Origin: Candidatus Sericytochromatia bacterium
GTDB taxonomy: Bacteria; Cyanobacteriota; Sericytochromatia; S15B-MN24; UBA4093
Assembly (NCBI GenBank): GCA_036676985.1
Contig: JAKFBU010000041.1
Coordinates: 128,001-192,000, forward strand
DNA length: 64,000 nucleotides
Direction of reading: 5' to 3'
In this document: positions 28,340-37,451 of the stretch, one piece after another
Numbering within the stretch: the stretch's first letter is position 1
Layout: each line of letters begins with the position of its first letter
The notes under the pieces: generated by a model
The model's input: only the letters and a program-made list of their open reading frames with translations
Databases searched by the model: none
Told to the model about the DNA's origin: nothing
Position numbers and translations under genes: made by a program

Positions 28340-29436
28340 TGGTTTCCTTGGGCGAAGTGATCCATGTAGTCGGCGAGCAGGCGCACGCTCTTCACGGGCA
28401 TGGCGTTGTAGATGGAGGCCCGGCAGCCGCCCACCGAGCGGTGCCCCTTGAGGCCGACGAGATCCCGCTCCTCGGCTCCCTTGAGGAAGGCCTTCTCCAG
28501 CTCCTCGCTCGACAGGCGCCAGGTGACGTTCATGGTCGAGCGCGAGTCGAGGCGCGCGTGGCCCTGATAGAGGCCGGGGTGGCGGTCGATGGCCGCGTAG
28601 AGGAGGCGGGCCTTCTCGTGGTTGCGGCGCTCGGCCTCCGCGAGGCCGCCCTGGGCCTTGAGCCAGGCGAGCACGTTGCGGAGCATGTAGACGCCGAAGG
28701 TCGGGGGCGTGTTGTAGAGCGAGTCGTTCTGGACATGGGTCGGGTAGGAGAGCATCGTCGTGAGGCCCTCGTTGCACTTCGCGAGCAGGTCGTCCCGGAT
28801 GACGACGAGGGTCACGCCCGAGGGCCCGAGGTTCTTCTGGGCACCCGCGTAGAGGAGGCCGAAGGGGCGCACGTCGAAGGGCCGCCACATGACGTCGCTC
28901 GACATGTCGGCGACGATGGGCACGCCCCGGGTGTCCGGGACGCGGTGGAACTGGGTCCCGAAGATGGTGTTGTTGCTCGTCAGGTGCACGTAGGCGGCCC
29001 CCGGCGTGAGCGTGAGCTCGTCGTCCGATTGGGGCACCCGGTCGAAGTTTGTGGCCTCGGAGGAGTAGGCCACGTTCGTCTTGCCGAAGCGCTTGGCCTC
29101 CTTGAGGGCCTTTTTCGCCCAGTCGCCCGTGACGACGTAGTCGGCGACGCGATCGCCGCCCAGCAGGTTCATGGGGACCATGCCGAACTGGAGGCTGGCG
29201 CCGCCCTGCAGGAAGAGGACGTGGTAGTCGGATGGCAGCTGCATCAGCTCGCGCACGAGGGCCTTGGCCTCTTCGTGGAGGGCCAGGTACTCCTTGGAGC
29301 GGTGGCTGATCTCCATGACCGACATGCCGGTCCCCTCGAAGTCCAAGAGCTCCCGCTGGGCCCGCTCGAGGGCCTCCAGGGGCATGGTGGCGGGACCCGC
29401 GTAGAAGTTGTGGACACGCTTTTGCTGGGTGATCAC
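28336..29436 (-). CDS. serC: Phosphoserine aminotransferase
   Basis: NFYAGPA, SVMEISHRS, DMSS, AGAQKNLGPSG, GHRSVGGCRASIYNA. Confidence 0.97.
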   Translation of the reverse strand: MITQQKRVHNFYAGPATMPLEALERAQRELLDFEGTGMSVMEISHRSKEYLALHEEAKALVRELMQLPSDYHVLFLQGGASLQFGMVPMNLLGGDRVADYVVTGDWAKKALKEAKRFGKTNVAYSSEATNFDRVPQSDDELTLTPGAAYVHLTSNNTIFGTQFHRVPDTRGVPIVADMSSDVMWRPFDVRPFGLLYAGAQKNLGPSGVTLVVIRDDLLAKCNEGLTTMLSYPTHVQNDSLYNTPPTFGVYMLRNVLAWLKAQGGLAEAERRNHEKARLLYAAIDRHPGLYQGHARLDSRSTMNVTWRLSSEELEKAFLKGAEERDLVGLKGHRSVGGCRASIYNAMPVKSVRLLADYMDHFAQGNQ

Positions 29437-29545
29437 GGCGTTTCGCTCCTCAAGGGGACGGGCGCTCGGGCTCCACTCTTACGACTTGGCCCGGCATCGA
29501 TTATACTGAAGCGCTTCAGGCAAGATCCAGGGAAAGGACGGACAC

Positions 29546-29986
29546 ATGGTGAAACACGCAGTCCTGATTGTCGCAATGATCGCAGCCTTCGGCCTGGTGG
29601 GCTGCCGAGGAGGGGATAAGATGGAGAATCAACCGTCTGACAAGGCCGTGGCAACCGCATCGGGCCTCAAGTACGACGTCATCCAGCCGGGGACCGGCGA
29701 GACGGCGACCGCCGGCAAGGTCGTGGCCGTGCACTACACCGGCTGGCTGCAGTCGGACGGCACCAAGTTCGACAGCTCGCGCGACCGTGGGCAGCCCTTC
29801 GAGTTCGTGCTCGGCCGGGGCCAGGTCATCCGGGGCTGGGACGAGGGCGTGGCCGGGATGAAAGAGGGCGAGAAGCGCAAGCTCTACATCCCCGCGGACC
29901 TCGCCTACGGCACCCGCGGCGTCCCCGGCGTGATCCCCCCCAACTCCACCCTCGTCTTCGAGGTGGAACTCCTGGACGTGAAGTAA
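29546..29986 (+). CDS. FKBP-type peptidyl-prolyl isomerase (probable lipoprotein)
   Basis: Lipobox LVGC; [36 protein letters not shown]. Confidence 0.95.
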   Translation: MVKHAVLIVAMIAAFGLVGCRGGDKMENQPSDKAVATASGLKYDVIQPGTGETATAGKVVAVHYTGWLQSDGTKFDSSRDRGQPFEFVLGRGQVIRGWDEGVAGMKEGEKRKLYIPADLAYGTRGVPGVIPPNSTLVFEVELLDVK

Positions 29987-29996
29987 GGAAAGCGGC

Positions 29997-30497
29997 ATGA
30001 AGATTCAGTACGTTGCCATCGGCCTCTTAGCGGCCGCCCTGAGCCTGACGGCTTGCCAGAAGAGCGAGGAGCCCGCGACCACCGGCGGCGAGGCCACCGG
30101 CTCGGCCGTGGCCACCGATTCCGCCGCGGCGACCGACTCCGCGGGCGCCACGGGCGCCAACACCGTCACCACGGCCTCGGGTCTCAAGTACGAGGACCAG
30201 AAGGTCGGTACCGGCGCCGAGGCGGTGGCCGGCAAGACGGTCAAGGTCCACTACACGGGCTGGCTCCTGGACGGCACCAAGTTCGACAGCTCGGTGGACC
30301 GCGGCGAGCCCTTCGAGTTCGCGCTCGGCCAGGGCCAGGTCATCAAGGGCTGGGACGAGGGCGTGGCCGGCATGAAGGTCGGCGGCAAGCGCAAGCTGAC
30401 CATCCCGCCCGATCTGGGTTACGGGGCGGCGGGCGCTGGCCCGATTCCTCCCAACTCGACGCTCGTCTTCGATGTCGAGCTGCTCGACGTCAAGTAA
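29997..30497 (+). CDS. FKBP-type peptidyl-prolyl isomerase (lipoprotein), tandem paralog
   Basis: Lipobox LTAC; same FKBP motifs as the upstream gene. Confidence 0.95.
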   Translation: MKIQYVAIGLLAAALSLTACQKSEEPATTGGEATGSAVATDSAAATDSAGATGANTVTTASGLKYEDQKVGTGAEAVAGKTVKVHYTGWLLDGTKFDSSVDRGEPFEFALGQGQVIKGWDEGVAGMKVGGKRKLTIPPDLGYGAAGAGPIPPNSTLVFDVELLDVK

Positions 30498-30505
30498 CGA
30501 GGCAG

Positions 30506-30532
30506 AGGGCCGCCCGCTGGGCGGCCCTTTTT
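30506..30532 (+). terminator. Rho-independent terminator
   Basis: AGGGCCGCCC / GGGCGGCCCT stem plus T tail. Confidence 0.85.
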
Positions 30533-30533
30533 C

Positions 30534-30833
30534 GTGATGAAGACCGAGCGCTGGAGACTGAAGGTGGCGGCGAGCCGCTCCATCTGGACCATGCTCTTCG
30601 TGGCCCTGTTGACGAGCCCCTTCGGGGGCTACCTGTACATCGGGCACTTCAAGCGCAGTGGGTGGTTCCTGCTGGTCTTCGCCGTCGCCATGGCCACCGT
30701 GGGCCTGAGCATCGACTACCTGGGACTACCCATGTGGGCGGCCGATCTGACGGTGGCGGTGGGCTTCGCGGGAGCCCTGGCGGATATGGCGCTCATTATT
30801 CTGAAAGCGCGGCGCGAGCTGGTTTTGGAATAA
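30534..30833 (+). CDS. Small membrane protein (about 3 TM)
   Basis: 99-aa hydrophobic ORF with GGYLYIGH..G motif (TM2-like). Confidence 0.6.
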   Translation: MMKTERWRLKVAASRSIWTMLFVALLTSPFGGYLYIGHFKRSGWFLLVFAVAMATVGLSIDYLGLPMWAADLTVAVGFAGALADMALIILKARRELVLE

Positions 30834-30981
30834 GGAGGACCCCCCGGCCCCCCTCTAGAGGGGGGTGGGGATCATGGGTGGGTGGACAGCAAGGTGGCTC
30901 CAACCGATCAGGGGTGAAGCACCCCCTCCCAATGGCTTCCCCCCTTCTTGAGGGGGGGGGCTAGGGGGGTCCTCCTTATTC
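30828..30981. repeat. MITE/REPIN-like inverted-repeat element
   Basis: Perfect 18-bp terminal IR GAATAAGGAGGACCCCCC / GGGGGGTCCTCCTTATTC; each arm has an internal C-run/G-run hairpin. Confidence 0.75.
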
Positions 30982-30982
30982 T

Positions 30983-31318
30983 TTAACCCTGCAAATGCTC
31001 CGTCGCGAACCAGAACAGCTGGCCGCGCAGCTTCTCGTCGATCTCGCGGTACTCGAGGGCCACTCGGAACAAACCCTCGACCGGCTGCACCCGGATGACC
31101 CGGGCCGTGAAGAGTTGCTCGCCCTCTTCGCCCATGTTCACGGAGACCCGCACCTGGCCGCCCTCGGGCAGCGACTCGCGCGAGAGCACCAACGCCCCGC
31201 CGCCCGACACGTTCTCGAACTGGCCCATGACCGGGGGCGCATACGCCCCCGCCGACTCGACCTCCAGCGTGCAGGGCAAGTGCGACTCACCCCGCGCAAA
31301 GACACGCCGCTCGTCCAT
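30983..31318 (-). CDS. Stand-alone PilZ domain protein
   Basis: ERRVFAR (RxxxR) and NVSGGG (D/NxSxxG) motifs. Confidence 0.88.
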   Translation of the reverse strand: MDERRVFARGESHLPCTLEVESAGAYAPPVMGQFENVSGGGALVLSRESLPEGGQVRVSVNMGEEGEQLFTARVIRVQPVEGLFRVALEYREIDEKLRGQLFWFATEHLQG

Positions 31319-31365
31319 CCGACGCTCCTCTAACTAGCAGCCGACAGGCTCAGCCTACCACGCCC

Positions 31366-32772
31366 CTACCGGCCGCGGCGAGACGGCCCCTGACCGGGCT
31401 TGCGACCAGGTCCCTGGCCCGGCCGCTGGGCAGGACCCTGCCCAGGCTTCTTGGCCGGTCCCTGACCGGACTTCTTGGCGGGCCCGGTCGTCGCCTTCTG
31501 GGCTGCCTTCGGAGCCGGACCAGCGGCGGCCGCCTTGCGGGGTGCCGCCGGAGCGGCCTTGCGGGCAGCCCCCTGAGCCGGACGCTGAGCCGCCCCCGGA
31601 CCACCCGCCGAGGGGCGGCGGGGCGCCACCGTGGCGATCTTGCGCGGCAGGGGATCGACCACCAGGCCGCGCAAGGGCCTGAAGGTCACGAGCTTCTGGA
31701 TGGCCTGGAGCGCCCGCAGCTCGCTGGGCGCCACGAGCGTCAGGGCCATGCCCTCGCGGCCCGCCCGGCCCGTGCGGCCCGTGCGGTGGACGAAGGTCTC
31801 GACGGTGGTGGGCACCGTGTAGTTGACCACGTGGGTCACGCCCGGCACGTCGATGCCGCGCGCTGCGAGGTCCGTCGCGATGAGCAGGGGCAGGTCGCCC
31901 GTCCGGAACGCCTCCAGGATGCGGCTGCGCTTGGCCTGCGAGAGCTCGCCCGACAGGTACTCGTTCTCGAAGCCGAGCGTGCTCAGCTGATCGGCCAGCC
32001 ACTCGGTCTCGATACGCGTGCGCGCGAAGACCATGGCCATGAAGGGCTTTTCCTTCTTGAGCCAGGACACGAGCGCCGCCAGGCGCGTCTCGTCCTCGAC
32101 CTCGAGCATGAAGTGGTCGATCTCGGAGGGCGTCTCGGGGGCCTTCTCCACCTTGAGGCGGTGCGGCTTGTTCAGGGCCGCGTCCGCGAGCCGCTGCACC
32201 GCCGCCGGCATGGTGGCCGAGAAGAGCATGGTCTGGCGCGCGTCGGGCATGCGCTCCACGAGTTTCATGAGCTCCTGCTCGAAGCCCTTGGCGAGGATCT
32301 CGTCGGCCTCGTCCAGGACAAGCGCCTTCACGTGCTTGAGGTTGAGGGCGCCGCGCTCCAAGAGGTCCACCAGGCGGCCCGGCGTGCCCACGACGATGTG
32401 CGCGCCCTTCTTGAGCTGGGAGATTTGCTTGTCGAGGCTCTCGCCGCCCGGCACCGCCACGATCGAGCGCTCCATGGTCCCCGAGACGCTCACGAGCTCC
32501 TGGCGGATCTGCTTGGCGAGCTCGCGGGTGGGCGCGATGACCAGCGAGGTCGGCGCCCGCTCGTCCACGGGCTCCCGCTTGAGCAGGGGCAGCCCGAAGG
32601 CCAGCGTCTTGCCCGAGCCCGTCTGGGCCTGCACGATGAGGTCACGGCCCTTGCCCACCTCGGGGATGACGAGGGACTGGATGGGCGTCGGCTCCTTGAA
32701 GCCGCGACGCTTGAGGCCGGCGAGCAGCTCGTCGGGCAGATCGAATTCATGGAAGGTCGGAGCGTGAGTCAT
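31366..32772 (-). CDS. DEAD-box RNA helicase
   Basis: AQTGSGKT, PTRELA, DEAD, SAT, ARGIDV, HRTGRTGRAG; basic KPGQGP-repeat tail. Confidence 0.96.
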   Translation of the reverse strand: MTHAPTFHEFDLPDELLAGLKRRGFKEPTPIQSLVIPEVGKGRDLIVQAQTGSGKTLAFGLPLLKREPVDERAPTSLVIAPTRELAKQIRQELVSVSGTMERSIVAVPGGESLDKQISQLKKGAHIVVGTPGRLVDLLERGALNLKHVKALVLDEADEILAKGFEQELMKLVERMPDARQTMLFSATMPAAVQRLADAALNKPHRLKVEKAPETPSEIDHFMLEVEDETRLAALVSWLKKEKPFMAMVFARTRIETEWLADQLSTLGFENEYLSGELSQAKRSRILEAFRTGDLPLLIATDLAARGIDVPGVTHVVNYTVPTTVETFVHRTGRTGRAGREGMALTLVAPSELRALQAIQKLVTFRPLRGLVVDPLPRKIATVAPRRPSAGGPGAAQRPAQGAARKAAPAAPRKAAAAGPAPKAAQKATTGPAKKSGQGPAKKPGQGPAQRPGQGPGRKPGQGPSRRGR

Positions 32773-32955
32773 CGGGGCCTCTTATGGTTGCGGGGAACGC
32801 CCCCATTCTAACCCTTGAGCCCCCGACAAAACCAGGCATGTGTCGCGGGTGGCCGCCCTGCGGCCAGAAGGAACAGTCTTGTCGGGCGCTCTTGCGTCCT
32901 TGCGGGCGCCTGATCGCCCGTGTAACATGAAGCTTTCCCCCCTCAAGAGGCATGC

Positions 32956-34275
32956 ATGGCTGATATCCGAACCTTCCGCGGCGTGCGCTACCATCCCGCC
33001 AAGGCCCGAAAGCTCTCCGAGGTCGTCTGTCCGCCGTACGACGCGATGGGCCCCAAGGAGCTCTACCGCTACTACCTGCGCCACCCCTACAACGCCGTCC
33101 GGCTGGAGCTCGGCCAGGTGAACCCCGGCGACACCGCCCAGGACAACCGCGCCACCCGCGCGGCCGCCACCTGGGCCGAGTGGCTGCGGGACGGGGTCCT
33201 GCGCCACGACGAGATCCCCGGCCTCTACGTCTACGAGCAGGAGTTCAACGGCGGCTCCGAGGGCCCGGGACGGGTGCGCCGCGGCTTCTTCGCCCTCATG
33301 GGGCTGGAGAGCGCCGCGCGCAAGGTCGTCTTCCCGATCCAGGACGCCGACGCCGACCGGGTCGCCGACCGCCTGGCCCTCGTCGCGGCCGCCCACGTCA
33401 ACACCAGCCCGGTGGTGGCCCTCTACGAGGATCCCGACCAGGACGTCGCCGAGCTGCTCATGGAGGTCACGGACGAGCCGCCCTTCCAGACGTTCACCGA
33501 CGAGTTCGGCGAAGAGCACCGCCTCTGGCGGGTCATCGACCCGGCCGTGTACGGGCGGATCCTCGAGGGCTTCGGCGATCGCTCCCTCTACCTGCTCGAG
33601 GGCGCGAGCCGCTACCAGGCGGCACTTGCCCACCGCGACCACCTCAACCGCCAGGGCGCCGATCCGGTCAACGGCCTGCACAACTTCATCCTGGCCCTCT
33701 TGGTGGACGTGGAGGACCCGGGGCTCTGCCTCACGCCCGTGCACCGGCTGGTGAAGGCCCAGGTGCCCAAGGACTTCCTGGAGCGCCTCGCCGAGCGCTT
33801 CACGATCGTCAAGCGGACCGTACACCCCGACCTGCCCTTCCCGGACCAGGTCGAGACATTGCTGGCCGAGCACGACGCCCCGGGCATGCTCGGGATGGTG
33901 CTCGCCAACGAGCTCGCCTACTACACGCTCGAGCCGAAGCGGGAGTCCCTGCCCGACCTCATGCACCTCGGCCATGCGGCCGAGTGGGAGAAGCTGGACG
34001 TCACGGTGCTGCATGAGGTGATCCTCAAAGGCCACCTAGGACTAGCGGACGAGGCGGGCAAGGTCACCTACGCCCGGGACCACCGCGAGGTGCTCGTGGG
34101 CCTCGGCTCCGGGCAGTTCGACCTGGCCTTCTTCCTGCACGCCCCGGAGCTCGACGCCATGACGGCGATCGCCCGGCAACTCGACACCCTCCCTGATCAC
34201 ACCGCCGACCTCTACCCGCAGGTCCCCGCGGGCCTCGTGTTCAACACGCTCGAAGGAACGGTAGAGCAACCATGA
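32956..34275 (+). CDS. DUF1015 family protein
   Basis: FRGVRY, VCPPYD, PYNAVRLEL, YVYEQEF..RRGF; C-terminal YPQVPAGLV. Confidence 0.85.
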   Translation: MADIRTFRGVRYHPAKARKLSEVVCPPYDAMGPKELYRYYLRHPYNAVRLELGQVNPGDTAQDNRATRAAATWAEWLRDGVLRHDEIPGLYVYEQEFNGGSEGPGRVRRGFFALMGLESAARKVVFPIQDADADRVADRLALVAAAHVNTSPVVALYEDPDQDVAELLMEVTDEPPFQTFTDEFGEEHRLWRVIDPAVYGRILEGFGDRSLYLLEGASRYQAALAHRDHLNRQGADPVNGLHNFILALLVDVEDPGLCLTPVHRLVKAQVPKDFLERLAERFTIVKRTVHPDLPFPDQVETLLAEHDAPGMLGMVLANELAYYTLEPKRESLPDLMHLGHAAEWEKLDVTVLHEVILKGHLGLADEAGKVTYARDHREVLVGLGSGQFDLAFFLHAPELDAMTAIARQLDTLPDHTADLYPQVPAGLVFNTLEGTVEQP

Positions 34276-35468
34276 CCCAGACCGCCGAAGGCTTCAAGGT
34301 ACAGTTCAAGCGCAACCGCGACGCGCGGGTGCTCTCCGGTCACCCCTGGGTGTTCTCGGGCGAGGTCCTCGAGAAGCCGCCCGCCGAGGCCGACGGCCAG
34401 ATCGTCAGCGTCTACGACGCCCGGGGCCGGTGGGTGGGCCAGGGCTACTGCAACACCCAGTCCAACATCCTGGTGCGCATCCTGAGCCGCGTGCGCGGCG
34501 AGGTGATCGACCGCGCGTGGTGGCAGCGGCGGCTCGCGGAGGCCATCGACCTGCGCCAGGACTACGTCTCGGGCACCGACGCCTACCGGCTCATCAACGC
34601 GGAGTCCGACGGGGTGCCCGGCCTGGTCGTCGATCGCTACGGGGACTACCTCTCTATCCAGGTGCTCGCCCTGGGCATCGAGACGCGGCGCGACGAGCTC
34701 GTCGCGATCCTCGCGGAGCTCGTGGGCCCCAAAGGCATCTACGAGCGCAGCGACGTGCCGGTTCGCCGGCTCGAGGGGCTCGAGCAGCGCACGGGCGTGG
34801 TCTGGGGCGCGGAGCCGCCCCAGGACCTCGTCATCCACGAGGGTCCCTACCAGCTCCACGTAGACATCACGTCGGGGCAGAAGACGGGCTTCTTCCTGGA
34901 CCAGCGGCCCAACCGGCTGCAGGTGGGGGAGCTCAGCAAGGGCAAGCGGGTCCTCAACTGCTTCAGCTACTCGGGCGGCTTCACCATGGCCGCGGCCCTC
35001 GGCGGGGCGAGCGAGGTCGTGAGCGTCGACATCTCCGCGGACGCGGTCGCGCTCGGCGAGGCCAACGCGCGTCTCAACGGGGTCGAGGACCGCTGCAAGT
35101 GGGTGGCGGCGAACGCCTTCGACTTCCTGCGCGAGCAGGAGAAGGCGGGCGAGCTGTACGACGTCGTGATCCTGGACCCGCCCGCCTTCACCAAGACCAA
35201 GGAGTCCATCCCGGGCGCGGTGCGCGGCTACAAGGAGATCAACCTGCGGGGCATCCGGCTGCTCAAGCCGGGCGGCCTCCTCGTGAGCGCCTCGTGCTCG
35301 CACCACATGGATCCCACGCTCTTCGTGAACGTGATCCAGGAAGCCGCGACGGACTCGGGCAAGCGCCTGCGCATGCTGCAGCTGGCGGGCGCCGGCATGG
35401 ATCATCCCACCTTGCCCGCCGCCTCGGAGACGAACTACCTCAAGTGCTTCTACGGCACCGTGCATTAA
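34272..35468 (+). CDS. rlmI: 23S rRNA m5C1962 methyltransferase RlmI-like; 3' end is the integration site
   Basis: PUA GHPWVF, ESDGVPGLVVDRY, GQKTGFFLDQR, VILDPPAF, SCSHH, YLK. Confidence 0.88.
   Translation: MTQTAEGFKVQFKRNRDARVLSGHPWVFSGEVLEKPPAEADGQIVSVYDARGRWVGQGYCNTQSNILVRILSRVRGEVIDRAWWQRRLAEAIDLRQDYVSGTDAYRLINAESDGVPGLVVDRYGDYLSIQVLALGIETRRDELVAILAELVGPKGIYERSDVPVRRLEGLEQRTGVVWGAEPPQDLVIHEGPYQLHVDITSGQKTGFFLDQRPNRLQVGELSKGKRVLNCFSYSGGFTMAAALGGASEVVSVDISADAVALGEANARLNGVEDRCKWVAANAFDFLREQEKAGELYDVVILDPPAFTKTKESIPGAVRGYKEINLRGIRLLKPGGLLVSASCSHHMDPTLFVNVIQEAATDSGKRLRMLQLAGAGMDHPTLPAASETNYLKCFYGTVH
35443..35464 (+). repeat. attL core (22-bp direct repeat)
   Basis: AGTGCTTCTACGGCACCGTGCA is identical to 48587-48608. 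Confidence 0.95.
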
Positions 35469-35574
35469 CTTGTACAGTGTTAGCCCCCGTTAGCTGATCC
35501 TTGCGAAATCAGGCTCTTCCGCCTATTCTGACTTGTAGCTTCCTACTCCAGTTTTGTTGGTTTTTGTTCTCGAA

Positions 35575-35605
35575 AGTAGGAATGCAGTAGGAATAGCGTA
35601 GGAAC
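35575..35605 (+). promoter_or_regulatory. Integrase arm-type sites (left)
   Basis: AGTAGGAAT at 35575 and 35586, CGTAGGAAC at 35597 (11-bp period); inverted TTCCTACT at 35540. Confidence 0.75.
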
Positions 35606-35619
35606 GGGGGCAAAGCACC

Positions 35620-36900
35620 ATGCTTGATGGCGGCCGCAAGTTCAAGTTCAGCAAACCCACCCTGGAGGCCCTTCCGCTACCGGAGCCGGGCAAGAAGGTC
35701 CGGTATCGCGACACGAAGGTGAACGGCTTGGCCGTACTCGTGACGGGCAACGGCTCGAAGGCCTTCTATCTGTATCGTCGCTACCAGGGCAAGCTCTACG
35801 AGAAGCAGATCGGTACGTGCGATGACCTGAGCGTGGAACAAGCAAGGCGCAAGGCCGAGGAGTGGATCGGCCAACTCACCCGCGGCCAGGAGCCTGGGCA
35901 GGTGAAGCGCAAGAAGGACCCGACGTTCGCGGAGCTGTTCGAGTGGTTCATGGAGATCCACGGGCGCAAGGCCAAGGATGGAGGCGCCCGGCGCCGCATG
36001 CAATTTGGTTACTTAGAGCCCCTGGCGAGAAAGCAAGCGATCAAGGTGTCGCGTTCCGACGTGATCACTCTGCAAGAGCGAATAACCGAAGAAGTAGGGG
36101 CACCGACGGCAAACCGAGCGGTCGGACTGATGCGTGCCGTCTACAACCAGGCGATCGACCGCGAGGCCTTCAACATCACGACCAACCCGGCCAAGAAGAT
36201 CGCGAAGGCCGATGAGGGCCGAGGGCGGGAGCGGCGGCTTGAGCATCGCGAGATAGGCCCCTTCCTCGACGCGGCAGACGCCGAGCCTGTCCCGGATATC
36301 AAGGACCTCATCCTGGTGGCCCTCTTCACGGGTGCCCGTCGGTCCAACGTGCTTGGGATGCGCTGGGACCAAATCGATCCCCTCACCCAGGCGTGGACCA
36401 TCCCTGACGAGGATTTCAAGACGGGCGAAGCTCATATCGTGCCGCTACCCAAGCTAGTGCAAGGGATCCTGGAGGCACGCCGCACGTCGGCAACTGGCAC
36501 CCTGGTTTTTCCAGGCAAGGGCCAGGATGGCAAGCGGACCTCCCCCTACCACAGCCTCAAGCGCCTGCTAGATCGGGCGGGCATCCAGGGCTTCACCTTC
36601 CATGACCTGCGCCGGACGTGCGCGACCTACATGGGCGAGGCGGGCGTGGACCAGTACCTCATCAAGCGGGTACTGGGCCACACGGTGGCGGATGTGACCG
36701 GCATCTACAACCGTCCGGGACTGGAAGCCCGGCGAGAGGCGCTTGAGAAGGGAATCGCGCTGATGCTGGATAAGGCCGGACGGCCCCGTCGGGACGACGG
36801 CACGTACCCCCTGCGCCATGATGAGCACGCAAGCTCGGCGCCGAGGATCAGCAAGCCTCCAAGCAAAAACAACCTAAAACCAAGGAAAGAAGCGGGATAG
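35620..36900 (+). CDS. Tyrosine integrase with N-terminal arm-binding domain (P4-like)
   Basis: RDTKVNGL..KAF..LSVEQAR arm domain; catalytic TGARR, FHDLRRT, LGH, YNR. Confidence 0.95.
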   Translation: MLDGGRKFKFSKPTLEALPLPEPGKKVRYRDTKVNGLAVLVTGNGSKAFYLYRRYQGKLYEKQIGTCDDLSVEQARRKAEEWIGQLTRGQEPGQVKRKKDPTFAELFEWFMEIHGRKAKDGGARRRMQFGYLEPLARKQAIKVSRSDVITLQERITEEVGAPTANRAVGLMRAVYNQAIDREAFNITTNPAKKIAKADEGRGRERRLEHREIGPFLDAADAEPVPDIKDLILVALFTGARRSNVLGMRWDQIDPLTQAWTIPDEDFKTGEAHIVPLPKLVQGILEARRTSATGTLVFPGKGQDGKRTSPYHSLKRLLDRAGIQGFTFHDLRRTCATYMGEAGVDQYLIKRVLGHTVADVTGIYNRPGLEARREALEKGIALMLDKAGRPRRDDGTYPLRHDEHASSAPRISKPPSKNNLKPRKEAG

Positions 36901-37259
36901 GATACCCAACGAACCGTAACGCTAAACCGGCCGATTACGCACCTTGTGGACAACCCTATCCTGGCTGTAACCTTGTAGAACAAAGAGAGGCAATCCCCCA
37001 CGCCCTAGGAAAGCAAAGGGATTGCCTCGTTCACCCGCTATCAAGCCTCTGGACAAGGCTCGATAGGCGCTTTCGAACTCCAGGCCGAATCCGTGGACAG
37101 GACCAGGCCAGGAGCCGATCTCTAACTCTACGCGGCCAGTGGCAATTTGCCAACCCGCCATATGTTCGAGTGTCGATGGTGCCGATCGTGGGCGGGGATC
37201 CAAGTGCGGATCCCCGCTATCCTTTCCGAGCTTGAAGCTACAGGAAAGGATAGTTGACG

Positions 37260-37451
37260 ATGAAAACCCTGACCACGAAGGAAGCGGCGGCCTTCCTCGG
37301 CATTTCCGAGTGGACCCTGCACACCTGGCGCAGCACGCGCCGCGTTGAGATCCCCTACCTCAAGATCGGGCGAGTCGTGCGCTATCGCCTGGAGGACCTG
37401 GAAACCTTCAAGGAGCGTTCCTTGGTTTCCTGGGGATCCGCTGATGAGTAG
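37260..37451 (+). CDS. Excisionase-like HTH (HTH_17/AlpA-like)
   Basis: LTTKEAAAFLGISEWTL..W..IPYLKIGRVVRY. Confidence 0.88.
   Translation: MKTLTTKEAAAFLGISEWTLHTWRSTRRVEIPYLKIGRVVRYRLEDLETFKERSLVSWGSADE

Noticed and set aside
27344-28888. 514-aa asparaginase and 412-aa GNAT (13348-14586) as listed in the ORF track
   Set aside because: The N-terminal extensions overlap serC and ccdA respectively; true starts are 28339 and 14143
29546-30497. Tandem FKBP duplication as a novel system
   Set aside because: Near-identical catalytic domains indicate an ordinary tandem paralog pair
31366-31620. Repeats at the helicase 3' end (KPGQGP) as a DNA-level repeat element
   Set aside because: Explained by the low-complexity basic tail common in DEAD-box helicases
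36922-37203. 93-aa minus-strand ORF between int and xis as a repressor
   Set aside because: No HTH or other motif and non-coding-like composition; more likely a promoter region with a hairpin at about 37192-37217
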